Source: Deltaproteobacteria bacterium
Lineage (GTDB): Bacteria; Bdellovibrionota; JACOXK01; 2-02-FULL-40-11
Direction: 5' to 3'
DNA length: 57,178 nucleotides
Assembly: GCA_023248265.1 (NCBI GenBank)
Contig: JAHFEZ010000002.1
Location: 1 to 57,178 of the forward strand
Made by a program: the position numbers and the translations under genes. Below are positions 27,891 through 38,120 of the stretch, one piece after another (the first letter of the stretch is position 1; each line of letters opens with the position of its first letter). A model generated the notes under the pieces. The model made no database searches. It was not told the origin of the DNA and saw nothing but the letters and a program-made list of their open reading frames with translations.

Positions 27891-29075
27891 ATGGATCTTT
27901 TTAAGAAATGTAGAGAATTTACAACAGCCAAAGAAGCTCAAGCAGCAGGCCTATACCCCTACTTTCGTGTCGTTGATAATGCCGAAGGGGGCACGGTCTT
28001 CATTAACGGCCAAAAGAAGATCATGGCAGGATCCAATAACTACTTGAGCCTCACCTCTCATCCTAAAGTTATTTCCGCAGCTAAAAAAGCAGTGGAAAAA
28101 TATGGGACGGGGTGTTCAGGATCCCGATTTTTAAATGGAACCATTGCCCTTCATATCGAGCTTGAAAAACGCCTGGCGCATTTCATGCAAAAAGAATCCG
28201 CTTTGGTTTATAGCACAGGCTTTCAAACCAATTTGGGAACAATTTCTTGTTTGGTTGGACCGGGAGACGTCATTTTTTCAGATAGCGAAAACCATGCCAG
28301 CATCATTGAAGGCGCACGCTTAGCAGAAGGCCCTACCGTTGTTTTTAATCATAATGATATGGCTGATCTCGAAAGACTTTTGAAAGAACATACTTCTGCT
28401 TCAGGAAAACTCATTGTAACAGATGGTGTATTTTCCATGACAGGAGATATTGCAAAACTCGATGAAATCGTAAAGTTGGCCAAAAAACATCATGCTCGCA
28501 TCATGCTCGATGATGCCCATGGCATTGGTGTCTTAGGACGCTTAGGTCGAGGCACCGCAGATCATTTTAATGCGACCTCCCACGTCGATATCATTATGGG
28601 GACATTTAGCAAATCTTTTGCTTCTCTGGGAGGATTTATTGTCGCCTCTGAAGAAGTCATTGAATATGTGAAACATCATGCTCGTGCTTTTATCTTTAGT
28701 GCTTCGATGCCTCCTTCTGCCATTGCGGCTGTCATTGCCGCTTTAGATGTTATGGAGACAGAACCTGAACATATCGAGCGTCTTTGGAAAAATACTCAAA
28801 AAATGAAAAAAGGATTGGATGACATGGGATATGACACAGCGCCTTCTCAAACCCCTATCATTCCTGTCAACATTGGAGATGATTTAAGAACTCTTTTCTT
28901 TGCCAAAGCTATTTATGATGAAGGAGTTTTTACCAATCCTGTACTACCGCCAGGGGTACCCAAAGACAAAAGCCTTATTCGTACAAGCTATATGGCTAAC
29001 CACACCGACTCAGAACTCAATTTCATTTTGGAGGTCTTTGAAAAAGTCGGCAAAATGTGCGAACTCATTGGCTAA
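27891..29075 (+). CDS. PLP-dependent alpha-oxoamine synthase, serine palmitoyltransferase-like (Kbl/BioF alternatives not excluded)
   Basis: The PLP-lysine block is GTFSKSFASLGGF and the downstream block is FSASMPPS. From memory these resemble Sphingomonas SPT (GTFSKS..GGF, FTASLPPS) more than Kbl (GTLGKA, FSNSLAPA). The start is ATG at 27891 or TTG at 27852. Confidence 0.65.
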   Translation: MDLFKKCREFTTAKEAQAAGLYPYFRVVDNAEGGTVFINGQKKIMAGSNNYLSLTSHPKVISAAKKAVEKYGTGCSGSRFLNGTIALHIELEKRLAHFMQKESALVYSTGFQTNLGTISCLVGPGDVIFSDSENHASIIEGARLAEGPTVVFNHNDMADLERLLKEHTSASGKLIVTDGVFSMTGDIAKLDEIVKLAKKHHARIMLDDAHGIGVLGRLGRGTADHFNATSHVDIIMGTFSKSFASLGGFIVASEEVIEYVKHHARAFIFSASMPPSAIAAVIAALDVMETEPEHIERLWKNTQKMKKGLDDMGYDTAPSQTPIIPVNIGDDLRTLFFAKAIYDEGVFTNPVLPPGVPKDKSLIRTSYMANHTDSELNFILEVFEKVGKMCELIG

Positions 29076-29082
29076 CGCTTCA

Positions 29083-29904
29083 TTGAAAAATCTCAAAGGA
29101 AAAACACTTTTTATTACAGGGGCCAGTCGTGGCATTGGAAAAGCGATTGGACTTAAAGCAGCCCAAGATGGTGCAAATATTGTCATTGCTGCAAAAACAA
29201 CTTCCCCCAATCCAAAACTACCTGGCACTATTTTCACTGCTGCGGAAGAAATAGAAAAAGCGGGTGGAAAAGCCTTGCCTTTGTCTATAGATATTCGTTT
29301 TGAAGAGCAAATTAAAGAAGCTGTACAAACCACACTTCAAACCTTCGGAGGCATCGATATTTTAGTCAATAACGCCAGCGCCATTTCTCTGACCGATACT
29401 CTTGAGACAGACATGAAAAAATTTGATTTAATGTTTTCAGTAAATGTTCGAGGAACTTTTGCCTGCTCAAAAGCCTGTGTCCCTTATCTTAAAAAAGCAC
29501 AAAATCCTCACATCCTCACTCTTTCTCCTCCTCTCAATTTAGAAGCCAAATGGTTTTCGAATCATCTCGCCTATACGCTTTCTAAATATGGCATGAGTGA
29601 ATGTGTTTTAGGTATGAGCGAAGAATTTAGAGAAGAAGGAATTGCAGTAAATGCGCTCTGGCCCAAAACCATCATCGCCACTGCTGCGATTTATAATATC
29701 TTAGGGGGCGAAGAAACAGCTCGTCATGCACGAACTCCAGAAATGGTTGCTGATGCCGCTTATTTTATTCTGACTCAAGATAGCCGCCAATGTAGCGGAA
29801 ACTTTTTTATAGATGAAGAAGTATTAAAATCTTTTGGGATTACAGATTTAAAAAAATATGCTGTGAAGGCTGGCGAAGATCCCTACCCTGATTTTTTTAT
29901 CTAA
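29083..29904 (+). CDS. classical short-chain dehydrogenase/reductase, HSDL2-like
   Basis: The N-terminal block is GKTLFITGASRGIGKAIGLKAAQDGANIVIAAKT..PNPKLPGTIFTAAEEIEKAGGKALP. No in-frame ATG follows the upstream stop, so TTG at 29083 (or 29068) is assumed. The track start at 28900 overlaps the upstream gene by 176 nt. Confidence 0.7.
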   Translation: MKNLKGKTLFITGASRGIGKAIGLKAAQDGANIVIAAKTTSPNPKLPGTIFTAAEEIEKAGGKALPLSIDIRFEEQIKEAVQTTLQTFGGIDILVNNASAISLTDTLETDMKKFDLMFSVNVRGTFACSKACVPYLKKAQNPHILTLSPPLNLEAKWFSNHLAYTLSKYGMSECVLGMSEEFREEGIAVNALWPKTIIATAAIYNILGGEETARHARTPEMVADAAYFILTQDSRQCSGNFFIDEEVLKSFGITDLKKYAVKAGEDPYPDFFI

Positions 29905-29908
29905 TATT

Positions 29909-31411
29909 TTATTTTAGAGTTTCAATAGCGGCAGGCAAAGCTTGAATGATATCGGAAGCAAGAAGTCCTCGGGTGGCTTTGTTTTTGAAAACCCACTCAT
30001 CCGCAATAGCCCCATGAAGGTAGACAGCTAATTTCACAGCCTCTTCGCTTTTCATTCCTTGGGCGAGAAGACTTACTATCATTCCTGTTAAGACATCTCC
30101 CATTCCGGCTGTGGCCATCGCAGGATTTCCTGTAGAATTGATGTAGATTTTTCCTTGAGGCATAGCGATGACTGTCCCTGCACCTTTGAGAACAAGTATC
30201 ACTTGATATTTTTTTGCAAATTGCGCTGCCACTTCTATTCTAGCGCGCTGAACCTCTTTTGTTGTTTTTCCAAGGAGCCTTGCCATTTCTCCTGGATGTG
30301 GTGTTAGGATCACAGGCGCCTTTGTTTCTTTAAGCCATTTTAAATTTTGAGCTAAAAGAGTAAGGCCATCTGCATCAATCACTACGGGAGCTTTAGAATA
30401 TTTTAGGGTCCACTTCAGTAAATTTTTGGCTTCTTTAGAAAATCCCACCCCCGGACCCAGTGCGACTGCGCTTTTATTTTTAATATATTTTTTATAATGT
30501 TCTTCATAAGTTACAAATGATTCTAAAAATGATTCTTTAACTTGTGGCGCAATGACTTTTAAAGATTTTGGATGAGTCAGAAGGGTCACAAGTCCCACGC
30601 CACTTCTAAAAGCAGACTGAACTGTCATTACGGCCGCCCCACCTTTTCCCGGACTTCCCGCTATCACCAAGGCATGACCAAAGGCCCCTTTATGTGCACT
30701 CTTTGTTCTTGTAGGTAACTTTGCCTGGACATCTTTTTTTTGAAGATAAAACAAAGAAGAAGAAACAGAATCTAAAAGAGCCTGAGGAAAACCAATATTT
30801 TTAATGACTAGTTTTCCCACAGCGTCCATCCCCGGAGGTACCAAAAGTCCAACTTTGGGCAAACCAAATGTTACTGTCCACGTGGCTTTCACCGCTTCGC
30901 CCATCACTTCTCCCGTATCTCCATGAACGCCTGAAGGTATATCCATAGATAGAACTGGGATATTTTTTTTATTGAGCATTCGAATGAGCGAGCGATAGTG
31001 AGAATTCAGCGGAGAATGAATCCCCGTCCCAAATAAGGCATCAATCACAAGATCAGCGTGAACCAAAATTTTTAAAAATTCTTTTTTAGAATACTGGACA
31101 ATAGGGATAGAAAGTTTTTTAAGTTTTTGAAAATTTTGAGCAGTTTCACCTTTGAATTCTTTTTCATCTGTGGTCAAACAAATCTGAACTGAAATACCTC
31201 TCTCCCCTAAGAGCCGTGCAACCACAAAGCCATCTCCGGCGTTATTGCCCTTGCCTGCCAGAATTAATATTTTTTTGGCGAGATCCCTCGCAGATAAAAC
31301 TTCCACCACAGCCTGTCCTGCATTTTCCATAAGTTGCCAGCGAGGAATACCATACGCCTGAATCGCCTTTTCATCCAAGACTTGCATCTGGCTGGCAGTC
31401 ACAATTTTCAT
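29909..31411 (-). CDS. nnr: bifunctional NAD(P)H-hydrate repair enzyme (epimerase/ADP-dependent dehydratase)
   Basis: The protein is 500 aa, with a YjeF_N domain (GKGNNAGDG) and a C-terminal carbohydrate-kinase domain (GAGTVIA..., GMGDVLTG). Confidence 0.85.
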   Translation of the reverse strand: MKIVTASQMQVLDEKAIQAYGIPRWQLMENAGQAVVEVLSARDLAKKILILAGKGNNAGDGFVVARLLGERGISVQICLTTDEKEFKGETAQNFQKLKKLSIPIVQYSKKEFLKILVHADLVIDALFGTGIHSPLNSHYRSLIRMLNKKNIPVLSMDIPSGVHGDTGEVMGEAVKATWTVTFGLPKVGLLVPPGMDAVGKLVIKNIGFPQALLDSVSSSLFYLQKKDVQAKLPTRTKSAHKGAFGHALVIAGSPGKGGAAVMTVQSAFRSGVGLVTLLTHPKSLKVIAPQVKESFLESFVTYEEHYKKYIKNKSAVALGPGVGFSKEAKNLLKWTLKYSKAPVVIDADGLTLLAQNLKWLKETKAPVILTPHPGEMARLLGKTTKEVQRARIEVAAQFAKKYQVILVLKGAGTVIAMPQGKIYINSTGNPAMATAGMGDVLTGMIVSLLAQGMKSEEAVKLAVYLHGAIADEWVFKNKATRGLLASDIIQALPAAIETLK

Positions 31412-31785
31412 CTGGCTAGAATCACCGATGCTATGGCAAAAGAAGCTTCATCAGATAGGCTCACAAAAAAATGGCGAGCTCCCATTTTTTTTGCTTTTTT
31501 TAAAACCTGGCCAGAAAGTTTTAAGATAGGCTCTCCAGAAGAACGAGTTTCCACGCAAATGTCTTTAAAATACAGCCCCTTTGAAAATCCAGTTTTTAAA
31601 GCTTTTAAGCAAGCTTCTTTTGCAGCAAATCGAGAAGAAAAATGAAGTGCCGGGTTGGCTTTAGATCGGCAATACTTTTTTTCATTGGAAGTAAAAATTT
31701 TATCTAAGAAACGATCTCCAAATTTTTGGATCATGGTTTTCATGCGTTTCACTTCGACAATATCGATGCCATGCCCCACAATCAC
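31408..31785 (-). CDS. acpS: holo-[acyl-carrier-protein] synthase
   Basis: The protein is 125 aa, begins IVGHGIDIVEV and contains FAAKEA. Confidence 0.85.
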   Translation of the reverse strand: MIVGHGIDIVEVKRMKTMIQKFGDRFLDKIFTSNEKKYCRSKANPALHFSSRFAAKEACLKALKTGFSKGLYFKDICVETRSSGEPILKLSGQVLKKAKKMGARHFFVSLSDEASFAIASVILAR

Positions 31786-31794
31786 AAAATCCTC

Positions 31795-32496
31795 CTACGT
31801 GAGTAGGCTCAGCATTTCACGAACTGCTTGACCCAACCCCACCAAAACAGCTCGACAGATAATGGAGTGGCCAATATTAAATTCATGAATGTCAGGATGT
31901 TTGGCCAAAGGACGGATATTGACGTAGTCTAATCCATGCCCTGCATTGCACACTAAGTTTAATTCTTTTGCAGTGTGGATAGAATCTAAAATAGTCTTAA
32001 GCTCTTTTTGAGATCTATGGTTGCAATAGCGTCCTGTATGAAGCTCAACCATTTGAGCCCCTGTTTTTTTTGAAGCTTCAATTTGTTTTTGATCTGGATC
32101 AATAAATAAAGAAACTTGAATCCCCCTTTCATTGAGCCGGATCACGGCATCTTGAATTGGCTTGAGACACCCTTGAACCTCTAACCCTCCTTCGGTTGTA
32201 ACTTCTTGTCTTTTTTCAGGAACCAGACACACCGAGTCCGGACGAATCTCGCAAGCAATGTTGACCATTTCTTCTGTTAGCGCCATTTCTAAATTAAGTC
32301 TTGTTTGAATGGTTTCTCGCAACAATTTGACATCGCGATCTTGAATATGGCGACGATCTTCTCTTAAATGCACTGTAATAGAATGAGCGCCCGCAAGTTC
32401 GCAGAGGCTTGCTGCCGTCACAGGGTCTGGAAACTTTGTGCCCCGAAGTTGCCTGAGCGTAGCCACATGATCAATATTGACACCCAAGAGTGCCAT
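31795..32496 (-). CDS. pdxJ: pyridoxine 5'-phosphate synthase
   Basis: [16 protein letters not shown]...HLREDRRHI...NAGHGL..., 233 aa. Confidence 0.9.
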   Translation of the reverse strand: MALLGVNIDHVATLRQLRGTKFPDPVTAASLCELAGAHSITVHLREDRRHIQDRDVKLLRETIQTRLNLEMALTEEMVNIACEIRPDSVCLVPEKRQEVTTEGGLEVQGCLKPIQDAVIRLNERGIQVSLFIDPDQKQIEASKKTGAQMVELHTGRYCNHRSQKELKTILDSIHTAKELNLVCNAGHGLDYVNIRPLAKHPDIHEFNIGHSIICRAVLVGLGQAVREMLSLLT

Positions 32497-32501
32497 AACA
32501 G

Positions 32502-33863
32502 CTATCCCAATTCTTTCTTGAGGCTTTCCGCCACATCTAAGGCCAAAAGTTCTATTTCTTTGAGATCTTCTCCCTCAATCATGACACGGATTAAATTTTC
32601 AGTGCCAGAATAACGCACCAAAATTCTTCCTCGGTTGATGAGCTTTTGTTGAGTGGCTTGAATCTTTTCATAGGTCTTTAAAGCTTCTAGCGGCTTTTTA
32701 GTGGCAACAGAAATATTGAGTAACACCTGAGGCGTTTTATGCAAAACTTGAGAAAGTTCATAGAGCGATTTTCCATTTTTTTGTAACACGGCCAAGAGTT
32801 GAAGCGCAGAGACAATCCCATCTCCTGTTGAATTATAGTCTAAAAAAACCAAATGCCCACACTGCTCTCCTCCAAAATTATACCCTTGTCTTCTCATGGC
32901 TTCGACCACAAAGCGATCCCCTACGTCCGTGCGAACTAGTTGAATATGTTCTCGCTTGAGCATTTGCTCTAAGCCAAAGTTACTCATATGAGTAGCCACA
33001 ATGGTATTTTTGGAAAGCTTGCCTTTTTTAGAAAGCTCCATGCCACAAATGGCCATAACAAAATCTCCATCTCGAATTTCTCCCTTTTCATCGATTAAAA
33101 TCAAACGATCGGCATCTCCATCAAGCGCAATCCCAATATCTGCCTTTTCTTCTAAAACAACTTTACGAAGTTTCTCAGGATAAAGCGCTCCGCAACGATC
33201 ATTAATGTTTTTTCCATTAGGCTCGTTATTTAAAACAATTAAATCAGCATCTAATTCTTCAAACACAATGGGCGCCACTTTATAGGCAGCCCCATGAGCG
33301 CAATCGAGCACGATTTTTAATCCTTTGAGAGTTTGCTTTTTAGGAAATGTATTTTTTAAAAACTCTACATAGCGACCCGGGGCATCTGGAATAAATTCAG
33401 CCTCACCTACTTTGGCTCCCGTGGGAGCTGGTTCACTAAAATTTTGTGCCTCCACCATGGCTTCAATTTTTTGTTCCCACTCATCTGGAATTTTATAGCC
33501 TTCCGGAGAAAAAATCTTAATTCCATTGTCTTGATAGGAATTGTGAGAAGCAGAAATCACAATCCCAGCATCGGCCCGCATTCCAAACGTAATAAAGGCA
33601 ATACCAGGGGTTGGGATTTCCCCAGCAAGTCTGACCAAGCCGCCTTGAGAACAAATGCCAGCAGACAAAGCACTTTCAATCATCGGACCCGAAATGCGGG
33701 TATCTCGGCCAATAACAATTTTAATCGTTTTATTGTGATTAAGTTCTTGTCGTAAAAGCGTCACCAAAGCCTTACCAACCTTAACCAAGGTTAAGGGCTC
33801 AATGGGCGCTTCATTGGCCACGCCTCGAATGCCATCGGTGCCAAACAATCGTTTTGGTTTCAT
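32502..33863 (-). CDS. glmM: phosphoglucosamine mutase
   Basis: [18 protein letters not shown] from the ATG at 33863, the active-site block [14 protein letters not shown], and the metal site DGDADR. Confidence 0.95.
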   Translation of the reverse strand: MKPKRLFGTDGIRGVANEAPIEPLTLVKVGKALVTLLRQELNHNKTIKIVIGRDTRISGPMIESALSAGICSQGGLVRLAGEIPTPGIAFITFGMRADAGIVISASHNSYQDNGIKIFSPEGYKIPDEWEQKIEAMVEAQNFSEPAPTGAKVGEAEFIPDAPGRYVEFLKNTFPKKQTLKGLKIVLDCAHGAAYKVAPIVFEELDADLIVLNNEPNGKNINDRCGALYPEKLRKVVLEEKADIGIALDGDADRLILIDEKGEIRDGDFVMAICGMELSKKGKLSKNTIVATHMSNFGLEQMLKREHIQLVRTDVGDRFVVEAMRRQGYNFGGEQCGHLVFLDYNSTGDGIVSALQLLAVLQKNGKSLYELSQVLHKTPQVLLNISVATKKPLEALKTYEKIQATQQKLINRGRILVRYSGTENLIRVMIEGEDLKEIELLALDVAESLKKELG

Positions 33864-33876
33864 AATTTTTTGTACC

Positions 33877-34566
33877 TTATTTCTTAAAAACTTCAATACG
33901 AATCTTCACTCGATCATCTTTGGTGTTTAAAAATGTAAGTTGAGGATCCAGATGTACCAAATGCACATCAAATGTTTCAGCTTTAATCACTTTTCGCATA
34001 TCAAATGTTTCCGTCATGACACCGGTCATCGTTGCAACTTTGCTTTCAGGGCCTGCGATTTCAACTTCAGGAGGATCAAAAACCATGCGTTTGATTTGAG
34101 CCTCAATAACAGACGTCCCCAATCGATTAAGCTGAATAGGGATTTTTTTTGTGATGATCTTTTCTAGCTGAGGATAAATCGTAGAAGGCATAATGCTTGA
34201 AACCAAAATCCCTCGATCCAATCCCAACTGCCGAGGATTTAACCGAATTCGAGAAGGCCCCATTGAGGCCCCCGTTAAATCCACTTTATAATAAAAGTCT
34301 TGTCCTCGAATACTCCCAATGGCAGATTTAGGCCCAGATAAAATCATTTCAAACTCAAAAGGGACATCATTCACAATCATCATTTTTTCTGGAGTCATAT
34401 ATTCAATTTTAACACGCTTTGAAATTTGCAAAGACTCCCCCGCCACTAAAATAAAGAGCGTGAGCGTAATAAAAGCTGAAATAAGCTTTAAAGAAAGATT
34501 TTCAAACAAAGCTTTCCTAAAAACTGTGAGTACAAACGTCAAAAGTTTATGGAGACTAACTTTCAT
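33877..34566 (-). CDS. cdaR: YbbR-domain protein, CdaR-like regulator of diadenylate cyclase (short form)
   Basis: An N-terminal TM helix is followed by beta-rich YbbR-like repeats. The gene sits between cdaA and glmM, as in the conserved cdaA-cdaR-glmM operon, and overlaps cdaA by 11 nt. Confidence 0.55.
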   Translation of the reverse strand: MKVSLHKLLTFVLTVFRKALFENLSLKLISAFITLTLFILVAGESLQISKRVKIEYMTPEKMMIVNDVPFEFEMILSGPKSAIGSIRGQDFYYKVDLTGASMGPSRIRLNPRQLGLDRGILVSSIMPSTIYPQLEKIITKKIPIQLNRLGTSVIEAQIKRMVFDPPEVEIAGPESKVATMTGVMTETFDMRKVIKAETFDVHLVHLDPQLTFLNTKDDRVKIRIEVFKK

Positions 34567-35326
34567 TTTTTTCCAAGAGCCCTACAATTGTGTGATACAT
34601 TGTTTTTTGATCCATCTCTTTACGAACCTTCCCATCTACAATCAAAGATACATCAGAGGTTTCCTCAGAAATCACAATGACCAAGGCATCTGTTTGTTCC
34701 GAAAGACCTAGAGCGGCTCGATGACGAGATCCATATTGCTTTGGAAGATTGGGCGTTTGTGTCTGAGGCAAAAAACACCCTGCTGCGGTCATTCGCCCAT
34801 CTTGAATGATGACCGCCCCATCGTGAATAGGGCCATAAGGCAGAAAAATACTCACCAAAAGATCACTGTCTACATTCGCATCGAGCTTAATCCCCTCTTC
34901 AATAAAATCCCGAAGCCCCGTTTCTCGCTCAATAGCAATAATGGCTCCAATTCTTTTTTCAGCCATCGAATAAGAAGCCTTTAAAACTTCATCAATAATA
35001 TGCGTATCTGTAATTTTTCCTTTGGCAGAGAAAAAAGGATTTTTCCCCACATGGGCCAAAGCTCTTCGGATATCGTCTTGAAAAATAATAATAACAATTA
35101 AAACCAAGGGACTCAAAAGCTCTTTGAGCAATACATACAGAGTGTAAAAACCCAAATTTTTCGAAAGTAAAAAGACAACGATAACAATACCAAAGCCGGT
35201 AAGAATTTGAATAGCCCGAGTACCTTTAATCAAAAGAAAGATACGATAGATCAAATAGTAAATAAGGATAAAATCAAAAACATCTTGCCATCGAAGATGT
35301 TGAAATATGGGGGGGATATATTCCAT
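34556..35326 (-). CDS. cdaA: diadenylate cyclase CdaA (c-di-AMP synthase)
   Basis: Three N-terminal TM helices are followed by a DAC domain (HDGAVIIQDGRMTAAGCFLP, GSRHRAALGLSEQTDALVIVISEETSDVSL). Confidence 0.9.
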   Translation of the reverse strand: MEYIPPIFQHLRWQDVFDFILIYYLIYRIFLLIKGTRAIQILTGFGIVIVVFLLSKNLGFYTLYVLLKELLSPLVLIVIIIFQDDIRRALAHVGKNPFFSAKGKITDTHIIDEVLKASYSMAEKRIGAIIAIERETGLRDFIEEGIKLDANVDSDLLVSIFLPYGPIHDGAVIIQDGRMTAAGCFLPQTQTPNLPKQYGSRHRAALGLSEQTDALVIVISEETSDVSLIVDGKVRKEMDQKTMYHTIVGLLEKNES

Positions 35327-35345
35327 CGTGTTCCTCTTTTGGCCT

Positions 35346-36161
35346 TTAGCCCGAAGGATCTCCTTTATGAAGTATGTGCGCCATTACCGTGAGTGCACGT
35401 TTTGTCTCTAACACATCATGCACTCTAAAATACGTGGCGCCCTTTTGATAGGCCCAGGCGGCTGTGACCAAGCTTCCTGTCAAACGTTCTTCGGGTCCTT
35501 CGGGCCGCTTTTCATTTTGAATTTTTCCAATAAACGATTTTCGAGAAGTTCCCATCATCAAAGGCCTTCCTAATTCTAAAAAAGAATCCAAGTTCCTAAG
35601 AATTTCAAGATTATGTTTCAATGTTTTTCCAAACCCAATCCCAGGATCTAAAATTATTTGGTCTTTGTGAACACCCTTTTCAAACCCCAGATCCATTTGT
35701 TTTTTAAAAAAGGCCGTAATCTCTCGCGTTACATCTTGATAGACGGGATTTTTTTGCATATCCTTCGGAGTTCCTTGAATATGTGAAAGAATCACTTTTA
35801 CTTTTCCTTTCGCAACCAGTGAAGGCATCTTGGCATCCATCGTAAATCCACTGATATCATTAATGATAGAGGCGCCTGCCCCGATCGCTCTTTCAGCTAC
35901 TTCTGATTTATAGGTATCAATAGAAAGTGGCACACAACCCTCTTTGGCCAATCGTTCAATAACTGGGATCACCCGTCTGATTTCTTCTTGGCATTCCACA
36001 CGCTCAGAACCTGGCCGAGTCGATTCTCCACCTACGTCCAGAATATCGGCTCCCTCTTCAACCATTTTGAGCGCTTGCTCAATGGCTTTGTCTTTATATT
36101 GTCCTCCATCATAAAACGAATCTGGAGTGACATTTAAAACCCCAACAACATAAAACTTCAT
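35346..36161 (-). CDS. folP: dihydropteroate synthase
   Basis: GVLNVTPDSFYDGG...DVGGESTRPG...GFGK. Confidence 0.9.
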   Translation of the reverse strand: MKFYVVGVLNVTPDSFYDGGQYKDKAIEQALKMVEEGADILDVGGESTRPGSERVECQEEIRRVIPVIERLAKEGCVPLSIDTYKSEVAERAIGAGASIINDISGFTMDAKMPSLVAKGKVKVILSHIQGTPKDMQKNPVYQDVTREITAFFKKQMDLGFEKGVHKDQIILDPGIGFGKTLKHNLEILRNLDSFLELGRPLMMGTSRKSFIGKIQNEKRPEGPEERLTGSLVTAAWAYQKGATYFRVHDVLETKRALTVMAHILHKGDPSG

Positions 36162-36164
36162 GCG

Positions 36165-38060
36165 TTATGATTTTTCTTGTTCTTCTGTTGTCTGTGCTGG
36201 AGCAGGCTGTTGGCCACCCGCTTTATCTTTATCTTTGTTTTTAAATTTCTTAGGAATCACTTTTCCAGAAGAAATCATCTCCACCTCATGGGTATCCAAC
36301 GTCTCATATTCCAAAAGTGCATTGGCTAAATTGTGCAAAATATTCATTTTTTCTGTCAGAATCTTTCTGGCACGATCATAATTGCGAGAAATCAACCCCT
36401 TAATCTCCTCATCAATGATAAGGGACGTTTGCTCGCTATAGGTGGGTCTATGGCCAAATTCTTTCCCTAAAAAGATTTGTTCCTCTTTTTTCCCAAAAGT
36501 AACGGTTCCTAATTTTTCACTCATCCCCCACTCACACACCATCTTTCGAGCCAATTCTGTTGCATTTTCAAAATCATTGGCTGCACCCGAAGTCATGTGA
36601 CCCAAAACCAATTCTTCTGCAATACGGCCTCCCATCATAACTGCAATGTGATTTTCCGCATACTCCTTAGAAACCATAAAGCGATCATCTTGGGGAAGCA
36701 TTTGGGTAAGGCCCAATGCCATACCTCGAGGAATAATGGTTACCTTGTGCACGGGATCTGTCCCAGGGATAGAAGTTGCCACCAACGTATGCCCTGCTTC
36801 GTGATAAGCCGTATTTCGTTTTTGTTCTTCGGTCATAATAAGACTTCGTCTGGCAGAGCCCATCATAACCTTATCTTTGGCCTCTTCAAAATTATTTTGC
36901 GTTAAATGTTCTTGATTGTAGCGCGAAGCAGAAAGAGCTGCTTCATTGACTAAATTTTCAAGATCTGCACCCGAAAATCCCGGAGTTCCGCGTGCAATCA
37001 GTTTTAAATCCACATCTGGGCCCAGAGGTGTTCGTTTGCTATGAACTTTTAAAATGCCTTCTCGTCCCCCCACATCGGGAATGGCCACAACCACACGTCG
37101 GTCAAATCGGCCAGGTCGCAAAAGCGCAGGGTCTAACACATCCGGCCGGTTTGTGGCCGCAATCAAGATTACACCTTCATTGGACTCAAATCCATCCATC
37201 TCCACGAGAAGTTGATTGAGCGTTTGCTCACGCTCATCGTGACCTCCCCCCAATCCTGCTCCGCGGTTTCGCCCCACAGCATCAATTTCATCAATAAAAA
37301 TAATACACGGCGCATTTTTTTTGCCTTGTTCAAAAAGATCACGCACACGAGAAGCCCCTACACCCACAAACATTTCTACAAAATCGGACCCGCTGATACT
37401 AAAGAAAGGAGCACCCGCCTCTCCCGCAATGGCCCGCGCCAAGAGTGTTTTTCCGGTACCTGGAGGTCCCATGAGCAATACCCCTTTGGGAATTCTACCT
37501 CCCAGACGAGTAAATTTTTTGGGATCTTTTAGAAATTCAATAATTTCTTGCAGTTCATCTTTGGCTTCATCAATTCCAGCAACATCTTTAAAAGTAGCTT
37601 TGCCTTGATGCTCGGTTAAAAGTCGAGCGCGACTTTTTCCAAAAGACATGGCTTTGCCGCCACCCACTTGAATTTGACGCAGAAAGAAAATGATAATCCC
37701 CATAACTAAAATAGTGGGAATTAACTGTGGAAGCATACTTTGCCAGAAAGAAGTTTCACTTTTTACATAATTGGGAGTAACCCCATTTTCTTTACAAATT
37801 TTAAAAAAATCGGCGCCTGTAGGCCCAACGGTTTTAAATTTTCCGCCATTTTTATAATCCAACTTATATTTTCCAAAAATTTCACTTTTATTTTCAACAA
37901 ACGTGACTTCAGCCACATGTTTGGCTTCTACATCTTTAATAAATTCGTTAAATTTTATTTCACTATCATTGGCCGGGGGTTCATACACGCGATTGAGCAC
38001 AGTAATAAAAATTAAAATCATGACCGCCCAAAGAGCTAGGGTCTTATGAGATTGTTTCAA
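36165..38060 (-). CDS. ftsH: ATP-dependent zinc metalloprotease FtsH
   Basis: Walker [15 protein letters not shown] region, and zinc site HEAGH. The apparent start is a TTG preceded by AAGGGGGG. Confidence 0.95.
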   Translation of the reverse strand: MKQSHKTLALWAVMILIFITVLNRVYEPPANDSEIKFNEFIKDVEAKHVAEVTFVENKSEIFGKYKLDYKNGGKFKTVGPTGADFFKICKENGVTPNYVKSETSFWQSMLPQLIPTILVMGIIIFFLRQIQVGGGKAMSFGKSRARLLTEHQGKATFKDVAGIDEAKDELQEIIEFLKDPKKFTRLGGRIPKGVLLMGPPGTGKTLLARAIAGEAGAPFFSISGSDFVEMFVGVGASRVRDLFEQGKKNAPCIIFIDEIDAVGRNRGAGLGGGHDEREQTLNQLLVEMDGFESNEGVILIAATNRPDVLDPALLRPGRFDRRVVVAIPDVGGREGILKVHSKRTPLGPDVDLKLIARGTPGFSGADLENLVNEAALSASRYNQEHLTQNNFEEAKDKVMMGSARRSLIMTEEQKRNTAYHEAGHTLVATSIPGTDPVHKVTIIPRGMALGLTQMLPQDDRFMVSKEYAENHIAVMMGGRIAEELVLGHMTSGAANDFENATELARKMVCEWGMSEKLGTVTFGKKEEQIFLGKEFGHRPTYSEQTSLIIDEEIKGLISRNYDRARKILTEKMNILHNLANALLEYETLDTHEVEMISSGKVIPKKFKNKDKDKAGGQQPAPAQTTEEQEKS

Positions 38061-38120
38061 TATAATAGCCCCCCTTTAATTGCTCACTTTTTGGAGACAA
38101 TTACTAATAATTTCATTCTA

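Noticed and set aside
28900-29082. Long 5-prime extension of the SDR ORF (possible overlap or frameshift fusion with the oxoamine synthase)
   Set aside because: The extension is out of frame with the upstream gene, which ends normally (...KMCELIG). The Rossmann motif begins right after 29083, so a TTG start is the simpler explanation. I cannot fully exclude programmed coupling.
36597-38015. Several 75-106-aa plus-strand ORFs antisense to ftsH
   Set aside because: They are embedded in a highly conserved gene, have no start context, and have compositions typical of antisense frames.
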